61,936 bases of DNA, filler included, from Nemertoderma westbladi (GCA_032718475.1; 3 parts of 3 records of this genome joined end to end with filler, not necessarily neighbours in it); one strand, 5' to 3'. Counted from the first letter of the whole stretch, positions 35,850-48,612 are shown. Made by a program: numbers and translations. Notes: generated by a model from the sequence alone, not told the origin.

Positions 35850-37540
35850 CGGGTACCTCCCTATTAGCAACATTAGAATCAGGCATTACGTCAGATTCAA
35901 GATCTGCGGTTTAATTGTGTTGTACAAAGTGATCCCGGCCCTTCTTTAGTTGTTCCTTACCTTGTTTGAAACACAAACCAGTACGGCAATGGACGTAGGG
36001 AAGTCCACATGGACAGCGCCATCTGGTTCGTTTGTTGCACCTGGGGATGGAACAGAGACTCATTGTTCAGATGTTGGTGCACCAGCAGACAGTCCTGGTG
36101 AATGGAGCATCTCACGTTGGATTGGCCGGCAAAATGTGAGAGTAAAGACTTGGACAGATGATGGTCCATTTTCTTTACAAATATTAGTACTTCGAAGTGT
36201 TTGAATGTGGAAAAGCTGGATAACGTATTGGAACAAATTTCATTAGCTTTGGTGTCCTGGAAGGAATAATTATCATTCCACCTGAAAATTGTATTTCATT
36301 CTGTTCCTATAGATTGGAGGTAGTGGAGTCCATTACTAAGAATTACACAACCGGGGCTACTGCTACTTGGAGGTAAAGATGGGCATTCTAGAACACCCCC
36401 CAGAAAACGGCGAGTGCCATCTCGGATATATAACCCAATAGCATCCCCATTGGAGCGGTTTATCTCATGCCGAATGGAGATCCCTGGACAGTGGCTAGAA
36501 CTGTAGCACTTTTTGTTACAAGGGAGAGTTGTTGGTGCCCATTTGGGTAACTAATTAAAACAACATTATGTAATGTCTCCTCAGTTTGGGTTTGGAATGA
36601 ATACCTCGCTTTATTTAACGTTGAATATACAACTTTTACTAAGTCTTTAATAAAGTCGGCAGGGTTTTCTACTGACAGAAGATGCTTATGGAGTGGAGGT
36701 GAAGATGACAGGATAGAAACTAAATGACTTTGGAGGGGGAATTTAGCAGAGTTCACAGTGGGAAGTAGGGGTCGACTTCCACTGCTCCTACTATATGGAT
36801 GGATGAGTAGGAGATGGAAATTGTTGGTTTGGGAGAATCTATCTCCAGCATCTTTAGATGTGTATTCCTCCCACTGAATAACGGCATCCTCATTGTCCAT
36901 ATATGTTCCCCCAGATAAACATTCTTCAACGAGTTCCTCCGGGAAGGCTGGGGCGATGGAGCAAGTCCCAAAAGTTCCAAACACAAATTCCTCACCAAGG
37001 TTTCGTCTATTGAGTGTGCACTGCATTATGTCTGGTCTCTTCTCCAATGTAAGACGTTCACACGATGCCAGTCTATTGTCTGTGACGTGAAAAACAAAGT
37101 CTGCCGACAATGAAGCCACAGACAACCCATGGTAGCCACCCATGTTCTTGAGCACGGTAAAGCTGCTGGTGTACTTACCAACCTTCCTGTCTCTCACCGT
37201 ATTAGTACAACGGTAGCTGGCGCCAGTCTGTCTGGGTATTGGAGGGGATCAGGTCGAGGATGGCGAGGAATGTGTATGTAGAGTTTCTGTGCGTTCTTAT
37301 GTTCATCACACAGAACAACACAGATTCCCAGCTTGGCGTCTAAGACGAGACTCGGAGCCACTTCCCATGAGAGTATTGTAGAATAAATAAACTCCTCTCT
37401 GGTTCCTTGGATGAGTTGGGGTTTCGGTCTGAAGGTGGAGAAGTTGGGGACCCAGAAGTGGAGGAAGTGGTATAGCTGTAAGAGGTTTCCTTGGTCTAGA
37501 AACTCCCCACAACCTAATGGGCACCGGACGGCATAGCAGG
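35850..37540 (-). pseudogene. Degraded coding remnant, possibly the N-terminal part of a large Helitron-type protein
   Basis: 245-aa ORF 36460..37197 with coding-like flanks (DRLAPATVV upstream, Cys-rich CSIPRCNKRTRWRCP downstream). The family resemblance is from memory only; no Rep or helicase motifs are present. Confidence 0.35.
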
Positions 37541-37614
37541 GGTATTTATTGAGGGCGTTTATAATTCTGCCATCGAATTAACTACCCACTTCGGTTTTAA
37601 ACCAAGCCCTGACC

Positions 37615-37785
37615 GAACGTATCAAACGCTTTCTTTAGATCTAGAAAAATATCTATACTAGCATCTGAATTATCAAGCGCATTGCGTAAATTTGCAATCT
37701 CATTTAATAGAGCATCTGTTGTTTTGAGACCTTTCCTAAATCCGTATTGGTTATCTGTTAGAACGGAAAATTTATATGTAAATGT
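37615..37785 (-). mobile_element. Small CR1/L2-group RT fragment
   Basis: Translates to NQYGFRKGLKTTDAL..IFLDLKKAFDT. Confidence 0.75.
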
Positions 37786-37844
37786 GATGTTAATTGAATT
37801 TCTATTATGTTTTATTATTTTTTTTTATTATGTTTTGTTATTAT

Positions 37845-40200
37845 TATGTATTATGTTATAAAACACAATACTAAAACATACGCAACAAAACTAATAAAGA
37901 AAACTTACTTAACCTCTGAACACATTTAGGTGCTCGTATGTGTTATAAAACACAATACTAAAACATATGCAACAAAACTAATATAGAAAACTTACTTAAC
38001 CTCTGAACACATTTAGGTGCTCGTATGTGTTATAAAACACAATACTAAAACATACGCAACAAAACTAATATAGAAAACTTACTTCACCTCTGAACACATT
38101 TAGGTGCCGTATGTGTTATAAAACACAATACTAAAACATACGCAACAAAACGAATATAGAAAACTTACTTCACCTCTGAACACATTTAGGTGCTCGTATG
38201 TGTTATAAAACACAATACTAAAACATACGCAACAAAACTAATATAGAAAACTTAACCTCTGAACACATTTAGGTGATCGCATGTGTTATAAAACACAATA
38301 CTAAAACATATGCAACAAAACGAATATAGAAAACTTACTTAACCTCTGAACACATTTAGGTGCTCGTATGTGTTATAAAACACAATACTAAAACATACGC
38401 AACAAAACGAATATAGAAAACTTACTTAACCTCTGAACACATTTAGGTGCTCGTATGTGTTATAAAACACAATACTAAAACATATGCAACAAAACTAATA
38501 TAGAAAACTTACTTAACCTCTGAACACATTTAGGTGCTCGTATGTGTTATAAAGCACAATACTAAAACATACGCAACAAAACTAATATAGAACACTTAGA
38601 ACACATTTAGGTGCTCGTATGTGTTATAAAACACAATACTAAAACATATGCAACAAAACTAATATAGAAAACTTACTTCACCTCTGAACACATTTAGGTG
38701 CTCGCATGTGTTATAAAACACAATACTAAAACATTCGCAACAAATATAATATAGAACACTTAGAACACATTTAGGTGCTCGTATGTGTTATAAAACACAA
38801 TACTAAAACATATGCAACAAAACTAATATAGAAAACTTACTTCACCTCTGAACACATTTAGGTGCTCGTATGTGTTATAAAACACAATACTAAAACATAC
38901 GCAACAAAAATAATATAGAACACTTAGAACACATTTAGGTGCTCGTATGTGTTATAAAACACAATACTAAAACATATGCAACAAAACTAATATAGAAAAC
39001 TTACTTCACCTCTGAACACATTTAGGTGCTCGCATGTGTTATAAAACACAATACTAAAACATACGCGCAACAAAACTAATATAGAAAACTTAACCTCTGA
39101 ACACATTTAGGTGCTCGTATGTGTTATAAAACACAATACTAAAACATATGCAACAAAAATAATATAGAACACTTAGAACACTTTTAGGTGCTCGTATGTG
39201 TTATAAAACACAATACTAAAACATACGCAACAAAACTAATATAGAAAACTTACTTCACCTCTGAACACATTTAGGTCCTCGTATGTGTTATAAAACACAA
39301 TACTAAAACATACGCAACAAAAATAATATAGAACACTTAGAACACATTTAGGTGCTCGTATGTGTTATAAAACACAATACTAAAACATATGCAACAAAAC
39401 TAATATAGAAAACTTACTTCACCTCTGAACACATTTAGGTGCTCGTATGTGTTATAAAACACAATACTAAAACATACGCAACAAAAATAATATAGAACAC
39501 TTAGAACACATTTAGGTGCTCGTATGTGTTATAAAACACAATACTAAAACATATGCAACAAAACTAATATAGAAAACTTACTTAACCTCTGAACACATTT
39601 AGGTGATCGTATGTGTTATAAAACACAATACTAAAACATTCGCAACAAATATAATATAGAGAACACTTAGAACACATTTAGGTGCTCGTATGTGTTATAA
39701 AACACAATACTAAAACATATGCAACAAAACTAATATAGAAAACTTACTTCACCTCTGAACACATTTAGGTGCTCGTATGTCTTATAAAACACAATACTAA
39801 AACATACGCAACAAAAATAATATAGAACACTTAGAACACATTTAGGTGCTCGTATGTGTTATAAAACACAATACTAAAACATATGCAACAAAACTAATAT
39901 AGAAAACTTACTTCACCTCTGAACACATTTAGGTGCTCGCATGTGTTATAAAACACAATACTAAAACATATGCAACAAAACTAATATAGAAAACTTACTT
40001 AACCTCTGAACACATTTAGGTGCTCGTATGTGTTATAAAACACAATACTAAAACATATGCAACAAAAATAATATAGAACACTTACTTAACCTCTGAACAC
40101 ATTTAGGTGCTCGTATGTGTTATAAAACACAATGCTAAAACATACGCAACAAAAGTAATATAGAAAAAACGTATTTAACCTCGAATACAATTAGGTGCTT
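37845..40200. repeat. Satellite, 87-bp unit with an approximately 77-bp variant, roughly 28 units
   Basis: ATGTGTTATAAAACACAATACTAAAACATA..GAACACATTTAGGTGCTCGT tandem array; long and short units alternate after about 38550. Confidence 0.95.
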
Positions 40201-40207
40201 ACTTACT

Positions 40208-41950
40208 TCACCTCATTTGATGTTTCAACACATTTAGGTGCGCGTATATCTCTTTTTTGGATTTCAGGGGAAAAAACTTAATGGCGTTCAATAATTTAGA
40301 ATTAGTTACTTTAGGGAATCTATTGTCCCTTCCCTTCTCTAATTCCAGTTTGAAATAAGAAAGGAATTTCACATTTTCTTCTGATGTCCAAGTCACTTTC
40401 TTACGTGGTGGTGCGTTAGTTGGAGAATTTTCTGTATTTGACAGTAATTGTTGATATAAGTCATCTGAATTTATAGCATCACTATTAGTATTTATATTAT
40501 CACTATTAGTAGTACACAATCCAAAATCATGGGTATAGCTAGTAGATGTGTTGGAGAAAGCTTTCGCTTTCTCCAATCTATGATCGGCATCCACCGATTG
40601 TTTTATTGTCTTTGTGGAGTCGTAGGTCCTCTTCTGGGTGATACCACTGTGACCCATATGCTGAGCCACATTTTCTACGTCGTCTGGGTCACCAGGTAGC
40701 CGCTGGTTGCATATGCTCAGCGCATGACGAACAGATGTACTTCCCGCCTTGCTCTTCGATTCTGGTAGAATTAATTTCCACAGATTGTTAAAGAGTGTTG
40801 AAGTATTGTCAACGGCGTTTCCACTGGGATTTGTAAACATCAGGTCTGATTTACTAGTAAGTGGACTGAATAGTGTGCGGCCAAACTTAAACCAAGCAAA
40901 GTAACATATTATAAACGGCTTCCAGCACGTGCTCCGTTTTTATATGACAATATGGCCATAACATATGTTTGCATTTGAACCAAAGAAAATTCATCGCTAA
41001 CTTTCGATTCAATGTTTAATAGATCACGTTGAAGACGGAGGGAGATGGGGTCAGTTTCAAAATGTTGAAGTTCCTCTGCAGTTGGGCATTCTACCTCCAT
41101 CCGATGTTTAACTACATAGGCATGCTTCTTCAAAGCATTGCGTTGTTGTTCCATAATATTGGAAACTGTTAGTGCTGTTGTCGCTTCGCGGCCATACGTT
41201 TCTGAATAGTTCTCAGCTATATACTTGTAAAACTTTTTCATTCATTGTAAATATACTTTTATAGACGACACTAATCTGATTGATTTGGAGCGCACTGTTT
41301 CAGTTTGAAGTTTTTTGAAGGTGGTTCTTATTTTTAAAGGAGAAAACATTTCACTTTTTTTCATAACTTTGTCATTAATTTGAGAAACTTTTCCACAGAT
41401 TGAAATACCATTTTGTGAAGTCTATAATGAGTTTCATCAGATCCACTGATGCCGTTCTCTAGATAATCCTTAAAATCCATCAAAAAGGGTATTACAATTT
41501 TTGTCTTTGGAAGTGATGGAAGATTATAGTGATCCACACTATTCAATAGTGCAATATATTCTGGATTCGGTACCTTTTTACTATCTACAAAGATGAAAGG
41601 TTTTATGCGATGTACTTGCTTAATGTGCTCCGGTACGCGTCTAAAGCATTTCCCACATAGTGGACATACAGTTGGTTTGCGTCTCTTTTTTGCCGTGGTA
41701 GTAGCTGTTTTTGAGGTAGCATTGAGAAATGTCAGCAGCTTTTCATCAACAATTTTATGTATAACCCGGAGGTGGCGCTTTAAGTTAACAACACTTTTTC
41801 CACATTCGGTACATTTTCGTTTAGATCGCACTCTGTCTTCAGTCGATTCTTTTTCGATTCTCGGTTCGGATTGTTCCTCAGAGTGAGGATTCCTGTGTTT
41901 CGTTTTTTTTCTTCTGTCTGGTCTCGGTGGTAACCACTCCAAATCCGAAT
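40208..41950 (-). pseudogene. Degraded C2H2 zinc finger + tyrosine recombinase + Myb/SANT-like gene of a probable mobile element
   Basis: Three collinear ORFs (41361..41942, 40909..41241, 40208..40840). Motifs: CTEC..HLRVIH, CPLC..HIKQVH, NGARAG (40921-40938), TSVRH (about 40724), MGHS..Y (40657-40622), KKVTWTSEE. Splice acceptor TTTAG ends at 41951. Confidence 0.8.
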
Positions 41951-42000
41951 CTAAATATACAATAACATTTGTTCAAAAATGATTTCGATGAAAAAATTTC

Positions 42001-42100
42001 NNNNNNNNNNNNNNNNNNNNNNNNNNNNNNNNNNNNNNNNNNNNTTAATTAATTAANNNNNNNNNNNNNNNNNNNNNNNNNNNNNNNNNNNNNNNNNNNN
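42001..42100. other. Artificial scaffold spacer
   Basis: 44 N + TTAATTAATTAA + 44 N. Confidence 0.97.
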
Positions 42101-42135
42101 GTTGGCGGGATTGAATAAGCTAACACCTACCTTCA

Positions 42136-42570
42136 TGTGGGGCGAGCCACGAAGTGAGTGAGCCTTAGCGTAGTGGTACCATTAATCAACCTGTCGTTCT
42201 GTCGTTCTGTCGTTCTGTCGTGTTCAATTTTAAACGTTAATAACTCGGCCAATCTTTGATGAAATCTATCCAAACTTGGTACACATGTTGTTTGGCAAAA
42301 GTTTAGAAAATTTCCAAGTAGAATTTCCGTGTGGCCTTCGAGAAGCTAAGATAATAGCAGTTAATTAGTTAATTAAGTTGATTACGGTGAAAACACCATT
42401 TTCAACCTGCCTTTTAAAGGAAATTAATTGTTTTACAGTATAAGATTTAAATAATTATACTTAAAAATTATACAGATGTAATCCACATACACCATTCTAT
42501 TATAGTTTTTAATTAGTTCAAGTGATTTGCTTTAATAAATGTGTCTTTAATTGATCTAAAGTAATTAAGA
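42136..42570 (+). mobile_element. HINE-like repeat, second copy
   Basis: Homologous to 14428-14855 with an expanded (CTGTCGTT)n. Confidence 0.6.
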
Positions 42571-43174
42571 CAGCATAAAAAATTGATTCTCATTAAATAC
42601 TGCTCATTTATTGGCCAACATGCTGGTACATAGATGGAAGGATGTGTGTGTAAGGGAGCCAGTTGCTGGGAATGATTTGGTCAAGTCTCTGCTGGTGTGG
42701 AGCTAGCTGGCTGGGAGTTGTAGTTGTAGACTAACAAGAGAGGAACTGTAATAGGGGCAACCAGTATTGCTATTCCAGCCCAGACAGCATTCTCTAAATC
42801 CACTATTGACTCTACTATAAATGTTGTGTTGCTCTCAGGTAAATGACAGATATAATACATAAATAGAATCCATGGCATGGCTGTTGTGTAGCCTTATATA
42901 TGAAATAGTTTATTCCACAATGTATTTGTCTGGTTATTTTTTAATTGAATTTTTGTAAAGTAGTAAAATTAATGTTCTTAAAAATAATTTTATTATTTTA
43001 TATGTAACCTACGAAATTAGCTACATTTTTTCGCTGCAGCTTTAAGAGTGTACATTGATTTAATATTATTTCCTTACCCATACATCGGCATACGATGCGT
43101 TGGCGTTGTATCACACATCTCCACATAGATGTATCAGCAGTTACTCGCACAGTTTCGAAACTTCGCATAGTTAT

Positions 43175-43630
43175 AACTGTATAAAGGTCGTCAGTCTGCG
43201 TTTAGGAAAAATATTATGACAACACAGGACGAGCGACGAGCGCAACGAGGCATATAATAAGGACGAGTACTGCGTAGACTATATTCCTATAAACCATACC
43301 TGGCTGCGCCTATTGAACGCATTGGTAGTTATAAAGATCGTCAGTCTGCGTTTAGAGAATATATTTAAATACAAAACAGGACGAGCACAACGAGGCCTAT
43401 AAAGAAGACGAGTACTGCGTTGACTATATTATTATATAAACACTGGCTTCACACATTGATCGCATCCCTAGTTATTATTATTATAAAGATCGTCCTACCC
43501 TGCGTTTAAGAAATATATTTAAATTCAAAACAGGACGAACGCAACGAGGCTTATAATGAAAACGAGTACTGCGTTTATTATATTCCTATAAACCACCTGG
43601 CTTTGCAAATTGAACGTGCGATTGGAAATA
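43175..43630. repeat. Diverged tandem repeat, about 150 bp x3
   Basis: ATAAAG(G/A)TCGTC..CTGCGTTTA..CAGGACGA..CAACGAGGC..ACGAGTACTGCGT occurs three times. Confidence 0.8.
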
Positions 43631-44670
43631 AGTTCGTGCTACCCTTCCGTGGGTGGTAGATGTCGCGGTTATGTATTGGTGGGTGGGAAGGGGGGGGGGG
43701 TGCAGATTAAAAGGGCTGAACACGTACTGTACCCCTTTCTTTAATTGATTGGTGGTGTGGGTAAATTTCTCAAATACTGATTTTGTGATACAGTCGCTCA
43801 GTTTTAATTTGTATCTCATAACTGGGCCTCGTGCTGCGCGAAGGCCCCACGAACGTGTAGCCTCTATATAGGCTATACCTCTACGCAAAAGATATACCCG
43901 TCCAATCGACCGCCTTTGCATTTGCCGATCAAAGAAAGCATTGTTTGTGAACAGCCGAGGTCCTGACTGAACAGCCAGCCATAGTAAGCCATTACCGGTA
44001 TCGCAGTAACAAATTAAAGGCTCTTGATTGAACTATTACTACTGTTAGCTACCGGTAACTACTGAACTAAACTTTCAGTTTTGGATAAATTTCACTTTAA
44101 ATTATTAAAAACATTAAGCCCAAAATAGTTCTCAGTTAGTCAATATGTCGTTACCTTTACTTACCTTTAATTTAACAAAGTGGGCGTTTACAATTATTAA
44201 GTGGCCATTTTAGGATATGTGGGCACTTAGTTTGAGAAACCGGGCCATATTTTATTTAGTTTGAGTTATATCTTGAAAGCCATTCACTCTATTCTATTAT
44301 TGTTTAAGTGGATTTCTCGTTTTGAGTAAATTTTGGTTTGTTGGGCTGGTTTTCTTCTTTTTTTATATCGAAGGCGCCCTCCGGTTTCCACACTTCTCCC
44401 CTTCTTTTATCTCGCTTATCCCTCCTCCTACTAAATAGCCTTCGAGAAAATTGCCAAGAAATCTATTATCCTGGTGCTCCAGTTATTATTAATTCGAATA
44501 ATCTCACCTTTGTGTTATAATTGAGTTATAACGTCATGTTATGTGATGTTATGAACTTATATTTATGTTTTTTGTGATATTATTTATTAATCGATCGTAA
44601 ACGGATTAAATAAACAAATATTCGATTAAAGTCTATCATATTCGCAGCGTCTTAGCATCATAACTGTTGG

Positions 44671-45036
44671 TTAGCAACCTAAAGCGTAAAATTCATTCAG
44701 CCATTCATCCCGAACTGTAAGAGTTTCAAAGAAGAAACTGTGATTTTTTGGTAAAATGAAAAGGGGATTTTTGAATACGTTCGGAGTTTCGTTCCTCGTT
44801 TTAGTTAGGTTTATCCCATGCTTTCCGCCATTGTTAACCGCTTCTACAGTGTAATCGTCTACTATATATATCGTTTTTGGATCTGCAGTCAAGTTGTTTC
44901 TTAGCAACCTCAACTTTACACGAATTTTATTACTACGAAAGCAAAGTTCTCTTAGTAGTTCACCCCAATATACCTTCTTTGGTTTTCCTATTCTTAGTTT
45001 GCAGATGAGTCCTTCCTTTATAAATTCAAACGTTTG
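44671..45036 (-). CDS. Orphan open frame, possibly a terminal exon (about 120 codons)
   Basis: The frame stays open upstream of ORF 44671..44913 as far as a TTTCAG acceptor at about 45037; no recognisable domain. Confidence 0.3.
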   Translation of the reverse strand, partial: QTFEFIKEGLICKLRIGKPKKVYWGELLRELCFRSNKIRVKLRLLRNNLTADPKTIYIVDDYTVEAVNNGGKHGINLTKTRNETPNVFKNPLFILPKNHSFFFETLTVRDEWLNEFYALGC

Positions 45037-45157
45037 CTGAAATCATAAAAACATGTCTACGATTAATTAATATATATATATATCCATATTTATTAGAAAA
45101 ATAATGTAACATTTTTTGTTCGAATTTTTATTTTGTATCTTCGAGGAATAATAAATA

Positions 45158-45407
45158 AATATATATAAATATTTACAAGAAATATATATAAATATTTATA
45201 AGAAATATATATAAATATTTATAAGAAATATATATAAAATTTATAAGAAATATATATAAATATTTATAAGAAATATACATAAATATTTATAAGAAATATA
45301 TATAAATATTTATAAGAAATATACATAATAAATATTTATAAGAAATATACATAAATATTTATAAGAAATATATATAAATATTTATAAGAAATATATATAA
45401 ATATTTC
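45158..45407. repeat. AT-rich 23-bp minisatellite
   Basis: AAATATATATAAATATTTATAAG repeated about 10 times. Confidence 0.9.
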
Positions 45408-45731
45408 TTGTACAAAAAGAAAGTATAATTACTTGGGAGAAATATTATAACTTTATTTAACTGTACTCGAGGTATTGTATTTACTGAGTGCTAGCGAGGA
45501 TAATAAAGGGTCGAAGGAATATTGAAAAAATGCTACGATTTTCTATCTAATACGTAATTTCATTCTTAAATTTTTACTTTTTTTTGTTGGTCAATTCTTT
45601 AATAAAACATAGAGCAATATACAGCACAGTAGTGTTACAAAATAAATTAAACGGGGGATATGTCACTGAATTACGACTCTATATTCCAGGACATTGTGTA
45701 TACCGGTAGTTTAGGGCGCCTTGATTGGATA

Positions 45732-46307
45732 TTATGTTCCGTTTTTAGTAGTTATTATTCCCTTTCTTTTTGAACTTGCCTTTCTAAATGAACCTGCCTC
45801 TGTATTTAGATTTCTTTGGATATAAGAACACAAAATGTTGACATCATCTTTGTCTGCAACTTGAATGTAAATTGTAGATCTTCTAGGTGTATCACCCTTG
45901 TAATAAAAGATTACCAATCCGCCAAGACAAACCTTTCCATCTGCAGTTTTAAATTTACCATCGAAACGACTCGTACGAAATATCCTCAGGGTTGCTTTCT
46001 TCTGGACAAACATCCATCGGGCCAATTCTTCGGGGTAGAATTTATACATATGGAAACCATCGTTTGGTTCCTCTAAGGTCTCGCATCTACAACCGAAGTC
46101 GGACAATCGAATAAACCTGGCAGACTGGTAGACCGTTTTAATATTGTTTCTGTTCGAACGAACCCAGAAAGACGGACTTTTTAGCTCGTCGACAAGTCGC
46201 TTTTCTGCATCACCTATTTCTATATGCGGGGGTTCTAGATTTGTTTGAGGTTTGTGCGACGACTTAGGGTTCAATTTTAATAAAGGTACACTTTCGTATG
46301 TTTCCAT
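45732..46307 (-). CDS. Orphan 191-aa ORF, unknown function
   Basis: True ATG start, intact, globular-looking composition in very AT-rich surroundings, basic C-terminus; no motif recognised. Confidence 0.45.
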   Translation of the reverse strand: METYESVPLLKLNPKSSHKPQTNLEPPHIEIGDAEKRLVDELKSPSFWVRSNRNNIKTVYQSARFIRLSDFGCRCETLEEPNDGFHMYKFYPEELARWMFVQKKATLRIFRTSRFDGKFKTADGKVCLGGLVIFYYKGDTPRRSTIYIQVADKDDVNILCSYIQRNLNTEAGSFRKASSKRKGIITTKNGT

Positions 46308-46415
46308 AACCGTAAATTGTTACATTTTTTCCATTTACAAATAAATAATTTGTAATTATTTAATTAATGAATGTTGAAAATACATAGTATAAACATTTAT
46401 GGAAATACAGTAGCT

Positions 46416-46560
46416 ACTTGTTCGTTTCGTTGATTATTATATTATATTAAAATATTGATTGCATATAATCATAAAAGTAACAAAATATATTTAATAATAT
46501 ATATAATATATATAATAATTATATTTTAATATAATATAATAATCAACGAAACGAACAAGT
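46416..46560. repeat. Palindromic element with about 40-bp arms
   Basis: ACTTGTTCGTTTCGTTGATTATTATATTATATTAAAATAT and its reverse complement; direct repeat TACAGTAGCTACT at 46406-46418 and 46595-46607. Confidence 0.8.
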
Positions 46561-46682
46561 TACACATTTTCATCATCGTCCAGAATATTTCGATTACAGT
46601 AGCTACTATTAAATATAACACTAGTTTCCTTAAAATAATTATTTGAACACAAATAATTATGTTATGTTATGTTGTTATGTTA

Positions 46683-46871
46683 GGCCGCGTTCACACTACC
46701 GAGTCTAAGTCAAAGTCAAAAGAAAATAAATATAGCTAGCTAGCAATAATAAATAATAATACATTATATAGGCCTAATGTAATACATAATGGCGTTCTAG
46801 AAAACAATAAATTTCTTGTTATTTTTTTACATTTTGTCTTTTGACTTTGACTCGGTAGTGTGAACGCGGCC
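46683..46871. mobile_element. PIF/Harbinger-type MITE
   Basis: TIR GGCCGCGTTCACACTACCGAGTC; TTA TSD on both sides. Confidence 0.88.
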
Positions 46872-48259
46872 TTATACGGTCATACCTATTTACATAATTG
46901 TGTGAAATGTAGAACTTTTCACTGTTATATCAAATAAACAATATTGTGTATCACTTCTAGCTAGAACAGGTGATATTATCTATATTATGTTGGCAGGATT
47001 AAAAATTATCCGAATACCCAACCATTTATATACACCATAACCATTAATATAACAACAACCTTGTTTATCAGGTCGGAGTCCGCCTCCTCTAATTTATTTC
47101 AAGTTTCAATCAAATTCTAAAAAGTGTGTTTATTGTCATAGTTTGATACACTTTCTTACTGTAGCCCTTGCTGGATTCTATAATTTTCGACTTATATAAA
47201 AAGAACATGCCGTGTTAACAATACTCAATCACCTTCTCTGGCTTTATTTTTTGTCTTTGGAATTTAAACTAAAGTAAACAAAACCGCAGATTGCAACTGT
47301 TTTCAATTTCAACAATCGCTTCTGGAGATATTATCAAAATTTAAAAATGTATTTATTTTAACAAATCTAAACAATAATTCTAATGTATTAATTATTGTTT
47401 AGCTGAGCCTTTACTTTAAAACTCATCTCTTTGTTTCCTGATTACGCTTAATTAATATTCTAAAATTTAGTAAACTAAATAATAGAATTTCATCGATTTA
47501 TCTTTTACATCTCATAATGTACAGTATGTAACAGTTACAATAACAAATGTACTTTAAATAATCTCAAACTTAGCCTACACTGGCTATCATCAATGGAGAT
47601 TACTCAAGATTGTTCTAGAAGTTTATTGTTACTAATGCGGCAGATAAATTCCGTTTTTTTCACTGTATTTTAGGGAGTATATAGTAAATGTTTTTGGTGA
47701 TTTTGTTAGGAAATTTTATTGCGATCAATAATGCGACTGATGCCCAGGTTCCATCATTGAGGATTTTGTGTAATTAGCAAATTAAAAAATTGTCCTCAGG
47801 AACGGTTGGAAACGGTACTAGTGTGTTTTGTGCACACCCCTCCTCAAATTTTTTATACTAGCTAGTTTTTGTTACTTAAAAAAAAAAAATCTTCTATAAT
47901 CAATTAATTTAATATAAACATTCTGTTCTAGAACAAATATGTTTTGTTCTAGAACAAAAAATAGAAAAAAATAGCTAATTTGTTCTCTTTTTCAATTTTC
48001 ATTGTCATTTTCATCTTTTTCATTTTTTATTGTATGTTATCTTTGTATAAATTTTTTAAACTAGCTAGTTTTTGTTTCCTTTGTTTAAAATGTTCTAGAG
48101 CAATTGTTTGTTCTAGAACAATTATTATTTGTTCCAGAACAAAAAAAAAATAAATAATATAAATAAAAATATAAATATATATAAATAATAAAAAATAAAA
48201 TAAAAAAAAATTGCTAATTTGTTAATACAGTAGGGTGGTACTATACCGCCCTACTATAC

Positions 48260-48512
48260 AGTATACACCCATTGCAATTATGGAATGGTTTTTTAATTTA
48301 ATTAAGGAACAGGCTTAAAGGCTTGTTGTATGGAAATAATTGAGAAATTGAAAAATCCGGCCAGACCACCCACCAGTAAGAAAAGGTGTCGATCTATCAT
48401 CATACCAAATTTCGTAGCATTTTATTGAAATTTGCAAAAAATTAGGGGGGGGGGGGGGGGGGGTCTCTGACCCCCTAAAAATGGTTGTTGTATTAAGGGT
48501 TATGGTGTATAC
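48260..48512. mobile_element. Small repeat/MITE with short TIR AGTATACACC; inverted partial paralog at about 50982-51105
   Basis: 48371-48513 matches the reverse complement of 50982-51105. Confidence 0.5.
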
Positions 48513-48612
48513 TAATACAAATTTACAAATATTGATAATTTCAGGTAGCTAGTTATTTTTAATATAGTTTTATAACATAGGTATAGCTTGTGTGACCATT
48601 TTTTAATTTTAA

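Noticed and set aside
37845-40200. CRISPR-like array
   Set aside because: Whole units repeat with no unique spacers, there are no cas genes, and the context is eukaryotic.
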